DNA of 63,153 bases, the filler included, from Stramenopiles sp. TOSAG23-3 (lineage: Eukaryota): NCBI GenBank assembly GCA_900128585.1. It is 9 parts of 9 records of this genome, joined end to end, with 100 filler letters (N's around TTAATTAATTAA, not from the genome) between each part and the next. Parts side by side here need not be neighbours in the genome. Positions count along the whole stretch, not along the records: positions 48,566 to 58,169 come from LT642903.1; positions 58,270 to 59,832 come from LT645690.1; positions 59,933 to 61,493 come from LT645691.1; positions 61,594 to 63,153 come from LT645692.1; 5 more parts are not named here. One strand, given 5' to 3'. Below the pieces are notes generated by a model. The model saw only the letters and a program-made list of their open reading frames with translations. It did not search any database and was not told the DNA's origin. Position numbers and translations under genes: made by a program. Positions 51,601 to 63,153 of the stretch are shown in pieces (the stretch's first letter is position 1; every line of letters starts with the position of its first letter).

Positions 51601-54357
51601 AATGACGTTGCATCCGATGGGATATTTTCCAAAGAATCGGAAGAATTGGGGCGCAGCTTAGTGATTCGAACGTGCTGCGCTCTGCTAAATTCTGTCCTCC
51701 TCGAGTATGGCAATGCAAAATACTTCGATCACATGCCGCACCGACGCAGGAAAAGTTTTAATGAGGCGTTGAATACTTTCAAAAAACGCGGGGTGTTCGA
51801 GCATTTGTCCGGTGTCTTGGTATCTGCGTTTTCGTCGAAGTACGTTGTCGGCACTGTAAGCCTGAGGTTTGAAAGAGCAACTGCGGCACGGGCTTATTCT
51901 GTGCTTCAAGTTTATCGTGCGATTGCTTGCTTCGAGCCAGCTGCGACGCACCTGCTTCAGTCTGGGGTGATCGAACTGATTTTGAATTCTCCGATGCTTC
52001 AGAATCTGGATGACCTCCCCCGTCCTGCGCCAGGAAACATTGTAAATGACATCGATACCTTGCGCCTGGACTATGATAACTCCGTTCGGGGCTACACAAG
52101 ACTGCGAAAGAGATCCTTTGTTCACATGAGTTGGTGCACTGCGGTAGACTTGATGACCGAGATACTTCGTGCAAGGCGAATGGTGATGAATTTAGGCGGA
52201 GTGCAACAAGACCTGGACGAGAAATGTCTCAGCCTAATTCTCCATTGCATTACTCGCTACGAGAAGACATTTTTCTGGGCTATCGAACCCTTTGGTCGTG
52301 GTAACAAAGGGGAAAGGTTCACACTAGCAAGTTTGCAAGAAATGAAAAGTGTGATGCTTCTTTTGTATGAACTTGTACGGATTCAGACAGTAGCGCAACG
52401 CTGGGTAAATTACTCCCCCGAACAGTTCCGAACATTGATGCGTGGGGTTGTTCGATGCGTCCATGCCTTGTCCTTGCCGCTAAGTAAATTGCAAGGGGCG
52501 TCCTCCGCTGGACGGTCTTACATGCGAAAACATACTCTGTACGTTAGTGAGGAGGAGCAGAGAACTTTTCGCAAATGCAAGCGCGAACAGCTTCGAATAA
52601 TGGGTGAACGACGTCGCGAGCTGCTTGAGTATGCTACCTTCATAGGGAAGAACGTTCAGCAAAGAGTTGAAACCGACGATCGTGCTAATCAAAGCGCGGA
52701 CGCAGAGATAAAAACGGTTCTGTGGATTCTCGAGGAAGACCAGGATCCCAACGGAAGCATGAAGTTGACAAGCGTAGGGGAAAGTTTGGGAGAAGATTTA
52801 ATAAATGAAATATTTAATTTCTTCGACACCGGCGGCGAAAGTGATATGAACGAAGGCGATGAGAACATATCAATTGATGAATTTCAGCAAACATTGGAAA
52901 AAATTAAAAATGATCCCACCAATGAAAAGGGGACATTGCCTAGAAAACTTGTCAAAATTAAGTACTTGTTTGATGCCCTTCAAAAAAAGATTGACCAAAA
53001 CAGAGGAAACTATAGATCTATTTTTAGCGAGTTTGATGTCAACAACAACTCCATTGACAAAGCGGAGTTTGTCAGCGGGTTGAAGAAATTGCGGCTAGAG
53101 GGGGTGAAGGTCGACATAAATTCATCAAATTACGACGCGGTGAAAGTGTTTAACCAAGAAAAGCTGCGAAATGCAATATTAAAGAATCAGATTGACAAAT
53201 CCCGAGTCTTCAGTGACATTCGGACTCGGCTGTATGGATTAAAGAGCAACACCCAGAGCCACGGCAATGACTTTGAAGGCGTTTTGGAACGGCTGGGCTA
53301 TCCCCCAAAAGAGAAAAGTGGTCGTCCAGTGTATTCGATTTGCTTGCCGATTGTAGAAGGGGACGAGAGAAGTCCTGGCTCGGTGATTGCAGTGCTTCAA
53401 GTGCTTAGCCTGAACGAACAGCTCATCGCTACAAAGCGTACTCTGCAAGCGGCTAGCAAATCTGAAGACCACGACGACCATGAACTTTTCTTTTCCCAGA
53501 AGGCTCAGCAAATTTCAGAATACCTGAAAGTTAACACAGGGGATCGAATCAACTTTTTAGATTTTCAGAAAAAGGAAGAACGAGCATTCCCGGCAGAAAT
53601 TATTTACATCCACAACAACGGAGAACAGGGTTACATGTATGATGTTCGTATGGAAGATTACTTTTTCAAGCGAGTGGAAACCCAGGCTTGCGACATTCTG
53701 CGTGCCGCAATGATGATCTTGACTCAAAACTGCATTACACCACAGAATATTGAAACAGAGAGGGGGCTGATCGACACTCCAGGTGCCATTTCCTTGTTTG
53801 AATACACCCCAAAGGGGCTGTCGCTGGAGAGAGATCGCGATGGGTTCTACAAGTGGCAGCCCGCGTTAGAGCATCTTTTTTTCATCGCACGATACTGTCT
53901 GCAAGAACTGGAGACCCCATCCTACTCTACCAATGACGAGTTCGGGGGCAACGGCGATCAGATCAAAGAGTTGATGGAGCAATCCCTGTACCTGATCTGG
54001 AATAATGCTAGCCGCGCACATTCTCTTATGGAAAATTTGGCTAACAATCTCCGAAGCAAGCAAGCAAAAGATCTCAATACTCGTGAGCTTGGCATGATGA
54101 AACACTTTGAAGATGGAAAGAAGCATTTTAAAATAGCCTTTAAAGTCGTTTGCAAGCGACTCGACAGGCTGGTCAAGCGTGGCCCCGTCTATAAGAGTGA
54201 TTGGCAGCATTGGGTAAATATTTTGCAGGAATTTGAAAAGCGCCACTTTCCGCCTTTAATACAGATGCAACAGCAGCAATTGGAGTACAACTATCCGCAA
54301 GGTAAGGCCAGTAAGAACATCCCTGGTATGGAAAAGAGAATCGTGCCACGTTATTAA
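48683..54357 (+). CDS. Nup188-like nucleoporin with EF-hand insertions; 5'-truncated; frame break at about 50974
   Basis: Long helical protein. HTKWLYK...W..IFSILSLVL, FWEDVT, WCTAVDLMTEIL and LASLQEMKSVMLLLYEL recall Nup188. EF-hands FDDDGSGNITRKEF and FDRDGDDEVDYGEF. Confidence 0.6.
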
Positions 54358-55013
54358 TTTGTTCATTTTTGTAACTTCTAATTTCTCGTAGCTGTTGGAA
54401 AACCCTAATATTAACTTTACGAAACTGCATAACACGTGGCCCTCGCCAATCATTCCATTTTCGCTTTTCTATACTTGATTTGTATTATACGTTTCCTATC
54501 AAAATATAAAATATCGAAACCCTCCCAATGCTTGCTTCCGGTATTTTATTAGTATTCCAAGAATAATAAAAAGGAAGAAGGACACACGACACACGACGGG
54601 GCAATCTATTGTACATTGTAATACGAGAGGTGGCAGGTGGCGTATGTATTTATTAAATTTAAAAACAACAACAACAGCCAGCACAGAAGACAGAAGAATT
54701 ATAAATATTAAAGATATTGTACATTGTAATACTGTGTACGTTAGAGGTAGTACCGACGAAATAATAATTTCCTCCATCCATCCAAGCAGCAAGAAGAAGA
54801 AGAGAAGTAGTAATTTTTTAATTTACTACATAATTTTTGTGTAAAGAGGTATGTTACAAGTAAGTACGAGAAGAGTAAATGGGGCTTAAATTTATCAAGG
54901 AGAAGACAATAGTTCATTAAGTTAGTGTCTTCTTCGTTAACAAATATTCTTCGGATTTGTTTAGTTAACCACAGGTTAAAAAAAGTTTTGATTTGCTTTC
55001 ACGAATATTAACC

Positions 55014-55703
55014 ATGTTAAGTAAAGTGGTTCACCCTTTCCTTCTAGTATCACTCCTTGTCGTTGGGCAGGCTTTGACCGGTGCTTCTGCCAGAAGACGC
55101 CAGGGTAGTGGGAGTACGACTGTATCATTTGATGGTGAAACGTATAGCCTTGATGACCCGAATTCGGACCATCGATCGGAAGGTATCAAGCGTTCTGAAG
55201 CCAACGATAACATAGGCGCTGTGGACAGTTTCAGGGCTGCCTTGCAATTTGAAAAGCACGACAAGGGTGGGGCCCATATGAACTTGGGCGTAGCTTTGAT
55301 GCGCTTGGGAAACCATCGCGATGCTGCGACTGCAAAGCAAATTTATTTTGATTCGTTGGAACATTTCGAAAACGCTGAAACTCTAGGGACGAGGATTGGT
55401 GACAACAAGAAAGCTATTTATGACAACTGCGAAATACGGTACAAGGAGCATTGCGACATTGTTTTTGCAGACTTGCGTGGTGGTGTCCGTGTACTAGGGA
55501 CTTTTGCCAAGGATAAAAAGGGGGATGATGACTGGGAAGCAGATGAAGATGACGAAGACTGGGAAGATGATGAAGGTGATGACGATGACGATCTTTTTAG
55601 CGAAGATGATAGTGCAGAAGAGGCTGAGGGGAAAGCAAAAACTGCACCCGTCGGCGGTGAAGATGACGACTGGGAAGTTGAGGATGAGGACTGGGCAGAG
55701 TAA
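55014..55703 (+). CDS. Secreted TPR-like protein with an acidic C-terminal tail
   Basis: Signal peptide; AVDSFRAAL..GAHMNLGVALMRLG; D/E-rich tail. Confidence 0.7.
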   Translation: MLSKVVHPFLLVSLLVVGQALTGASARRRQGSGSTTVSFDGETYSLDDPNSDHRSEGIKRSEANDNIGAVDSFRAALQFEKHDKGGAHMNLGVALMRLGNHRDAATAKQIYFDSLEHFENAETLGTRIGDNKKAIYDNCEIRYKEHCDIVFADLRGGVRVLGTFAKDKKGDDDWEADEDDEDWEDDEGDDDDDLFSEDDSAEEAEGKAKTAPVGGEDDDWEVEDEDWAE

Positions 55704-55891
55704 TTCCATCTACATCTTGCGCGCTAGAGGGTTCTCTCTGGGAGAGAATAATTGTTCCACACACCTTCTCCTAATAATCTTAAGAGGCTTACAAAGCTAT
55801 TCGTCGTACATTTAATATCTCTCTATGATAAAAGTCTAAAAAAAAACACTGAATAATACGAAAATTACTTTCCATTGCGAGCAAGGAACTA

Positions 55892-57655
55892 CTACTCCAC
55901 ACTCCCGTCCAACAGTGCACGCCGGAACGTGCCAGCGTCACGGACCCAGAAACGTTGCTGGATGCTTGCGGGGACGACCGGCAGTTGACGGCTTGAAGGC
56001 ATTGCAGGCGGTACACGGACAAAGGCGGGCTGGCAGCATTGCACCATGGAGGGGTCGGCGGAAACAGTTTTGCCGGACGGCAGCTCTTTTTCGGATCCGG
56101 CAGCGTCGTCACGATTTTGCAGGTGCGACAGGTCCAAGTCGTTGGGCCATTGCGTCGATCTCACAGGACGCGGCAGTGACAGAGCCCCGCCACGCCGTCG
56201 ACTGGCTCTTTTGGATGCCTGGCGGTTTTTCATCAGATCCACCGACCAAAAGCCGACCATAAGTGTGAGTCGCGTGTCGTCACCGTCCCCACTACCACCA
56301 GCAGCATCAGCAGCACCGCTGGCACTGCCGCCCCTTCCTGGGAGCACACCGTGTAGGAGGGACCCATCAAACACAAGCACATCGCCATTGCCTGTCGGTT
56401 TTGCAACCCAACATTTCTTTGGGTATTCTTTCCCGTCTGTTCGTAGTTCAAATACGACCGTTTTGCCGCTGCTTTCAGTGCTATTGCCGCCGAGATAACA
56501 CACAGACGACCAGCAGGGATGGCGTAAGCCCTGCGCGCCAAGCCTGTTTAGGCTGCTTTCGTCGGTATCCCAATGGAGCGCGTGGCCTAAATTTCTCCCA
56601 ACCTTGCGCTTGTGAACCCACCACTCTGCACCGACAATTGGGTCATCGCTATTGGCAAACTTGCTTGCATTGCATTCGTCCACAAGAGGCAGCATGATGT
56701 CGCGGATCAGCGCTTCGACCATGTTTAACGGAGGCATCGACACATTGTACCACCAGCTGAAATACCCTGGGTTTTCTTCATAGTGATTTTCTGCCCAGTA
56801 CCTGGCGTCTTTATTAAAGGCATGCTGAAGACAGGCCAAAAGGGGTTTTGGAATGGCACGTGGATAGATGCGTGCAGGCGCGGCTTTGGGGGTCGTCGTC
56901 GTTGTAGCAGCACCCTCGTCGTCATTATTAGCGCATCGCCAGACGTTTGGGGCGATCCGAGCCTGGCACCCAATGCGCCCAATCGCAACTTCGGCTTCGT
57001 CGTGCAGGCCCATTTGGGAGAGCAGGACGGCAAGGTTGCTGAGGGCCACGGGGAGACAATTATGATGGTGGGGTGCATAGATGAACTCTCTGCGCCAGTC
57101 GTACGGCGTGCCATCCTCGTCGTCGCTATCACTATTCTCCTCTTCCGTCTCCTCGTGAGAGGGGAAAGGCACCGTTCGTGTTGCTACATCCTTATAGAGG
57201 GCGAGCGCCCGCCGAAGGTTTCCTGATTCTCGCAACAGGTGTGCAAGTGTCAGGGCCGCGGCACTGTTCTCGGGCCAGAGTTCCAGCGCGACCTCTGCGT
57301 GCCCGACAGCCTGTTGGCGGTGAGCCGCCGCCTGCATCGGGTCGGCAAGCATGTCGTCCACGCAGATCTCGGCGAGGAGATTGCGCATGGAACTTAAAAT
57401 GATACGCGGCGTTGGTACCCGCGCTTGCATTGGTATCGCCATCGGCAAAGGCATTGTGGCGGTACCGGTAGTGGCCCCTGCAGCGTATTTTCTGGGATAA
57501 CCCTCGTCCTGAGCCGGCGTACATGAGATCACACGGTGGAGCAGTTCCCGTGACGCCTCTGCGCGCCCATCCTCGGCAAAGTCGCTGGCCTGGAAGAATG
57601 CCTCGGTAAGCGCTGCGGCGTCCAGCCTGTGCTGCCCAGACTGCTTCCTCTTCAT
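55892..57655 (-). CDS. TPR plus 2OG-Fe(II) oxygenase-like protein
   Basis: TPR-like ALELWPEN..LAHLL..G...AL; EWWVH, HWDTDE (HxD), HP.WSSVCYL, VFDGSLLHGV and RLTLMVGFW. Confidence 0.75.
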   Translation of the reverse strand: MKRKQSGQHRLDAAALTEAFFQASDFAEDGRAEASRELLHRVISCTPAQDEGYPRKYAAGATTGTATMPLPMAIPMQARVPTPRIILSSMRNLLAEICVDDMLADPMQAAAHRQQAVGHAEVALELWPENSAAALTLAHLLRESGNLRRALALYKDVATRTVPFPSHEETEEENSDSDDEDGTPYDWRREFIYAPHHHNCLPVALSNLAVLLSQMGLHDEAEVAIGRIGCQARIAPNVWRCANNDDEGAATTTTTPKAAPARIYPRAIPKPLLACLQHAFNKDARYWAENHYEENPGYFSWWYNVSMPPLNMVEALIRDIMLPLVDECNASKFANSDDPIVGAEWWVHKRKVGRNLGHALHWDTDESSLNRLGAQGLRHPCWSSVCYLGGNSTESSGKTVVFELRTDGKEYPKKCWVAKPTGNGDVLVFDGSLLHGVLPGRGGSASGAADAAGGSGDGDDTRLTLMVGFWSVDLMKNRQASKRASRRRGGALSLPRPVRSTQWPNDLDLSHLQNRDDAAGSEKELPSGKTVSADPSMVQCCQPAFVRVPPAMPSSRQLPVVPASIQQRFWVRDAGTFRRALLDGSVE

Positions 57656-58269
57656 CTGGATTTCACACAGTGGGGTGAAGGATTGGCAAATCCTCTTTCA
57701 AGGACACCAGGCCTGAAACAATCGGTCGGCTTGTTAAAGTTCTCGATCAACAACAACAAAACAAAAAGCAAAAAAATGGAAAATGTAAAGATTCACAATT
57801 GATCTCATGTTTTTTTGATCTTTTCTTCCTAAACTTTTTTACTACCACCAAAATCTTCTCCAATTAATAATAATAATTCATATACTACAGCATCAGTATG
57901 AAGATGATTCATATTAAAAATATTATATTTTTTGTGTCAGTAATCATATTCCTTCCTCCTTCCTTCCTTCTTCTTCTTCTTCCAATCATCAAACAAAAAT
58001 ATAAGATTTTTAAACACAAATAATTATAATAAAAATAAGAACTATTAACTACGGGTAGGGTAAACTCACGAACCGGTACTTCTCTTCTTCTTCCTCTTCC
58101 TCTTCTTCTTCTTCTTCTTCTTCTTCTTCTTCTTCTTCTTCTTCTTCTTCTTCTTCTTCTTCTTCTTCTNNNNNNNNNNNNNNNNNNNNNNNNNNNNNNN
58201 NNNNNNNNNNNNNTTAATTAATTAANNNNNNNNNNNNNNNNNNNNNNNNNNNNNNNNNNNNNNNNNNNN

Positions 58270-58861
58270 TAGATTTTTGAGGCCGGCACGGCCGGCTACA
58301 GATCGGTCCATGGCTGTCGGGTGCTTTGCAGAAATTGTGGATGGACTGAAGCATGCGTGTGCCCCGTACGTCGCAGATATGTTGAAAATTGCGGTGGCTG
58401 CATTAGAAGATCCACACGAAAAAGTGCAACGAAATGCTTGTTTTCTTGTTGGTGTGCTAGCGACGCACGCCCCTGATGGAAGCGCATTCTCTCAGCACTT
58501 AAATGAAATCGTGTCTCGCTTTGAACCTTTTCTTGCACACATAAATGAAATTGATGAGGCCACTGCTGACAATGCATGCTCTGCAATTGCCCGTATCATA
58601 GTAAGATACAACAATTCCCTTCCGCTTCCACAGCTTCTGCCGCTCTTTTTCAGGGCACTGCCGCTCAGGGAAGACCACCTTGAAGATGAATATGTGTACA
58701 ACTGTCTATTCTTTTTGTTTCAACAAAATAATGCAGTTTTCATGGGGAATCTGGAAGAAATTAGAAGAATTTGCCAAGAAGCTTCGGCCACAAACTCAGG
58801 CGTAGATGACATGATAAAGCAAAATTTGCAGCACATGTGGGCTGCCATCCACTCAACCTAA
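58270..58861 (+). CDS. Importin-4-like karyopherin-beta, C-terminal fragment
   Basis: DRSMAVGCFAEI, VQRNACFLVG, DNACSAIARII and LPLREDHLE. Confidence 0.85.
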
Positions 58862-59045
58862 AGGAGTGAATAAAATATCTTTAATTATCATAGGCTTCAG
58901 AAAGTTATTATTCTTAAATTCTACATATAGAAATAACAGCCAATTTTCTTGTTTTTACTTGAATAACAGCCAATTTTCTTGTTTTTAAAATTCTTATCAT
59001 ATAATATCATATAGTTTTTTAGTTGGAAATAAATTGTGCACCGCC

Positions 59046-59832
59046 TCAATAATTATTGTAACTGTAAGACTCTTCGGCTGCCTTTTCCTCTCGTTTCAAA
59101 TCTCGCAATGATGGCAATTTTTCGTTTGCACCCGTAAATACGATTTTGTGAAGGCTAATTACCAAATCGATTCTATCGTGCTCTCTAAGAAAGGCTTCCA
59201 AATAGTTTTCAAATTCATTCCCAGGAGGGAAAAACGAAATACAAGTAGTCATCAACTCCCACCCATACCGCGAGCTGATGTCGTTAGGGTTATTCGTCAA
59301 CTGTTTGCATAGCTGACAGTATATCTCATCTCTGGTGTCGGGGAAAACAACGCCACATTTTACAATTTCATTCAGACAACCGAGTGGATACGGATAGTAC
59401 CTGTCTCGCATATATCCCAGGATCAACTTTGAAAGCTTCGCACCGAGAGCAAATTGCTCCTCCCGAAGCTGGGTCAGGGGGATTTTCACGGGAGTGTTGG
59501 TCCATTCGTCCAGATTTACCCCTGGGCGAATGTATGGACACGACGAAAGAGTGTACTTGCCCCATTCATTTTCCATTTCCCTGGACTTTATGGCAAATGT
59601 GACCTCTGATACCATTTTCGGGTTGTTCATTGCCAATGCCGTTCTTAATTTAACATCTAAAAATGACGAATCGGGCAAAGCGCACAATATGCGAATACGC
59701 TCTTCGTTGTCAAAGTGAATCCCGATCTCGTTGGCCTCGCGCAAAGTTTCTACCAGCAAAGAACGATCTAAAAACTTTAAAGCTGTTGAACCCAGCGATG
59801 TTATCTTCGATGCGTGAGCTCTTACAGCATCG
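59046..59832 (-). CDS. MyTH4-domain protein (myosin or kinesin tail), C-terminal fragment
   Basis: ILGYMRDR, RDEIYCQLCKQLTNNP..S..GWELM..C...FPP..FENYLEAFL. Confidence 0.88.
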
Positions 59833-59932
59833 NNNNNNNNNNNNNNNNNNNNNNNNNNNNNNNNNNNNNNNNNNNNTTAATTAATTAANNNNNNNNNNNN
59901 NNNNNNNNNNNNNNNNNNNNNNNNNNNNNNNN

Positions 59933-61089
59933 GAAGTCATGTTGGGGGCGGACGGAGATGGCTCAAAGCCTTTGCCGACTGGAATGTTCTTTTTTTCAAC
60001 GGTGCGCAAGCCAAACCGTAAATTCACAGAGTCCGAAACTGTTGGCGGGAGATTCGAATCGGTTATTTTATTTTCTAGTGTTAAAAAAGAAGCCGTCACA
60101 TTATGCAGCGTTCCTCGATAAAACTGGCCTATTTCTTTGCTACCAATAGCTTTTTGTTGCATCTGCCATGGCCACCAGAGCAGTTCAGAACAGCTGCTGA
60201 CGCTGAAATTCATTGCCACATTACTCCCACTATGTGGTGGCAGAGACACAACGATGGATTGTTCTCTTTGCGGCAGTTTGTTTCGAACAGGCGAATTCCA
60301 CTCCAATAGGATTTGGACTTGCCCTTCGTAAGAGTTCACTGGGTCGCTGTTGTAGACTTCAACTAGGAATTCGACTTCACATCTATCGTTAGCTGTTGGC
60401 AGGTTCAAAAGATTTACAACGGGGTAACGGACGGACACAGGGACCGGCGGAAAAACTGTTAACTCGATGTCTCGCCAAATTCCCAAATTTCCGTCTGGAG
60501 CTTCCGGGTTCCAATCAAGAAAAGGCATTGCAAGGTCCGTTGAGTTCGGTTCCATAGGCCAATCATGTGGACGATGTAGTCGAACAGACAGCGTGTTCTG
60601 GTCCGATAATTCATCTACATCAAAGTCGAAATATCTCAAACTTCCAACTACATTCCCCGTGCGGGAAAGAATCGGTTGGTGATTCAATTCGACACTGCTT
60701 GCGCGGTAGTTGATACCTTTCATTGTCAAGGTCGCCCGGCAGCCACTTGAACCTTCTGGAGAAGGAAAAGAGATGGTATAATACCATGGTTTATTGAACA
60801 TATCGACCAGGGTTTGGTTTTGAAGCATAGTTTTCAGATTTGTTCCATAAAACGGTTTTTGTAGCGCTGGCTCCGTTGGCATAAGGGCCGACATCACAGT
60901 GCCTGGGGGATCGCTTAATCGGTACGCTTTGCTTCCCCTTTGTAAACCCACCCACCACGTGCTATACGAACCATCCAAATACAAATGGACGGATGAATGT
61001 AGAGAGCACACATTTTTTTCAACCGGGGCAACTGCTAATGCCGCGACCGAAAGCAAGACAAGCGTGCCAAAAACAGAGTGCGAAATCAT
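59933..61089 (-). CDS. Glycoside hydrolase family 2 (exo-beta-glucosaminidase/beta-mannosidase-like), N-terminal part
   Basis: Signal peptide; PGTVMSAL..PFYGTNL, F.KPWYY, KGINYRA..LN, DWNPEAPDGNLGIWRDI, LWWPWQM and FGLRTV. Confidence 0.88.
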
Positions 61090-61158
61090 CTCAACCGGTT
61101 ACACGAAATCCGGGGTTGCCAACGACAATCACAGAACAAATGAACACAAAGTCTAGGT

Positions 61159-61234
61159 CCGGCTGTGTTTGGTCTTGACGAGCTTGGCGCCGGTGTGTTT
61201 GGTCCCGGTGTGTTTGGTCCTCCCGGTGTGTTTG
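61159..61234. repeat. Short direct repeats (CCGGTGTGTTTGG-like, four copies) upstream of the GH2 gene
   Basis: Directly visible. Confidence 0.75.
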
Positions 61235-61979
61235 GATGCCTTCGAGATGAATGGAAAAAGAGTAATAATAATTTAAGTTACCAAATGCCAGCAGAGCAGT
61301 ATAGTAATACATCGAAAAAAATATAATTAAATTTTATCTCTGAGTGAGATATCGGATGAGGCCGTTAATGGACAAATGGAATCAAATCGTTCATTGGAAA
61401 TTATATCATCCCCTCCTCGGTGATTGACAACCAACAATGAAACAAAACTACAGAACCAAGTTAGGATTAGGGTATGAGGACGCTAAATTTAATNNNNNNN
61501 NNNNNNNNNNNNNNNNNNNNNNNNNNNNNNNNNNNNNTTAATTAATTAANNNNNNNNNNNNNNNNNNNNNNNNNNNNNNNNNNNNNNNNNNNNAAGAAAA
61601 AAAGAAGAAGATGATGAATGAATGAATTGAAAAAGAAAGAAAATGTTTTCATCATCTCTTCTTCTTTTTCAACCTTTAAATATATTATTACATACACATA
61701 GCATACGGTATTATAATAAATAATAATAATTTTTTAAACACTTCTTATATTCTGTATATAGGTAAAAAAATAACAATACGAGAAAACTACACTAAACAGG
61801 TGATTTTGTGGGACTGCTCAGGAATAAAATAAATAGTATGGCACAGCACCAGGTATGGTAAAAATAAAAACTGTGAGCACTGTATGTTTTAAGCCTAAAA
61901 CACAGAAGGGTCGTATGTTTTAAGCCTAAAACACAACTATTAGGACAATGATATATACCTGTAATAATATGATTTTAGG

Positions 61980-63104
61980 CTAAATCACAACTGTATCATC
62001 TAAGATATTAGAAAATCCTAGGTTTCTGAATGCAATGTAGTCATCACGGTTTGTAAATCCTTTGGTTCTTGCATCTTGCGTTTCTTCTTTTGATATAAAT
62101 CCACCGTCAACGCAATATTTGTAATCTCCCCATAGGGTGCTTTCTTCAAACCCTTTCCTTTCCCTGTCCAAACAAAGCTTGACTTCTTCGCGCTTCTGCA
62201 AAACATCAACAATCTCTTGCACTCGATTGAAAATTACCTCCAATCGCTCCGCATCGTCGTAATCATCCTTTTCACAACTTGCATCCATCTGTACTTCAAC
62301 TTCTTTTACGAACGTTTTACAACGCAAATACAAAGGCATTGCTTGTTGTTGCAAACGGGAATTGGATGCATCAAAGGAAGCTTGTTCTTTGTCCAAGTCT
62401 TTCTTCGCTTGTCGTGCATCTTTTAACTTACGTTCTTTCTTCAATTTGGCAAGTCCAGCTTCCAATGTTGGCAGTACTGGTTCCAATCTGGTTGCATTTG
62501 TCAAATCGTCCATTACATTTTCTTTTGTCAACTCAGGCAAATCTTTCAGTCGTTTCTCAACATCTGCCATATGTTCTTCTGGTGTCGGCTCGACCTCCTC
62601 TTCTTCTTCTTGTTCGATTTTTGGTTGAACAATTGCTAACAACGCATTTCGTAATTCACCAATATTTAATTGTTGGTTTTTAACGACGTCTAAAATTTTT
62701 CCGCCTTGGTCCAAAATCATAGCTTCTTTGTGCAAAATAATTTCATCTTTGTCTTGTAAATCTTTTAAATTTATGTCAACTTTCTTGTTGTGATGTTGTG
62801 TTTCTTTCCTTTGATTTGTCAAAAAAGATTTCAAGTATTCCACTCTTTGCTTTTCAAGATTTAGAGATATTAAAACTTTATCCATTTTGCTTGTATTGAC
62901 ATGTTGCATTGAGCTGATTGTATCCAATTTAATGTGAGCAATATCAAGCTTATTGTTTGCGTATTCAATGAACGTTGTTTTTTCCAGAATATCATTGTTT
63001 TGAGCTACAGATGTCTGTTGCAACCCTAACTGAACTAAATCAATTGTGTCTCTGATTTCTTTGTCAATATCCATGTAGCTTCTACTAAACGATTGTCCCG
63101 ACAC
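61980..63104 (-). CDS. Coiled-coil hypothetical protein with a possible UVR-like motif; start uncertain
   Basis: 374-aa ORF; MDASCEKDDYDDAERL. Confidence 0.55.
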   Translation of the reverse strand: MSGQSFSRSYMDIDKEIRDTIDLVQLGLQQTSVAQNNDILEKTTFIEYANNKLDIAHIKLDTISSMQHVNTSKMDKVLISLNLEKQRVEYLKSFLTNQRKETQHHNKKVDINLKDLQDKDEIILHKEAMILDQGGKILDVVKNQQLNIGELRNALLAIVQPKIEQEEEEEVEPTPEEHMADVEKRLKDLPELTKENVMDDLTNATRLEPVLPTLEAGLAKLKKERKLKDARQAKKDLDKEQASFDASNSRLQQQAMPLYLRCKTFVKEVEVQMDASCEKDDYDDAERLEVIFNRVQEIVDVLQKREEVKLCLDRERKGFEESTLWGDYKYCVDGGFISKEETQDARTKGFTNRDDYIAFRNLGFSNILDDTVVI

Positions 63105-63153
63105 AATTTGGTTTATTTTACCTTTCTTTGAATGGACTTCGACTAGCTCTTTA

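Overview
This window is not one contiguous locus. It is nine contigs joined by artificial 100-bp N-linkers carrying TTAATTAATTAA (stops in all six frames): 1-9627, 9728-19348, 19449-29056, 29157-38761, 38862-48465, 48566-58169, 58270-59832, 59933-61493 and 61594-63153. Contigs 2-9 look like a gene-dense, intron-poor protist nuclear genome with AT-rich intergenic DNA and GAA/GAAA microsatellites. They encode a nucleoside kinase-like P-loop protein, a PCM1-like giant repeat protein, a NACHT fragment, a subtilisin, an ARM protein, MUS81, an APH/EcK-like kinase, an ABC1 kinase, ArgJ, a BART protein, a GINT1-like propeller, a DUF229-like protein, a PX-DnaJ protein, a Nup188-like protein, a TPR-2OG oxygenase, and importin, MyTH4 and GH2 fragments. 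Contig 1 is different and looks like part of a dsDNA virus or Polinton-like element. It has a phage-type SSB, an 886-aa PolA-like (TVpol) polymerase/primase fused to an SF3/D5-like helicase, and tightly packed small ORFs; no capsid, packaging ATPase or integrase is recognisable. Its non-coding DNA is unusually structured: two copies of a ~130-bp hairpin between convergent genes, a ~530-bp modular repeat array with tetraloop motifs upstream of the polymerase, phased GCCCGA motifs, and a Cys-rich coding segment flanked by perfect 40-bp inverted repeats. Several inverted junctions and homopolymer frameshifts elsewhere suggest whole-genome-amplification or assembly artefacts, which limits how far rearrangements can be trusted. 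All family assignments come from motif recognition by eye, not from database searches.
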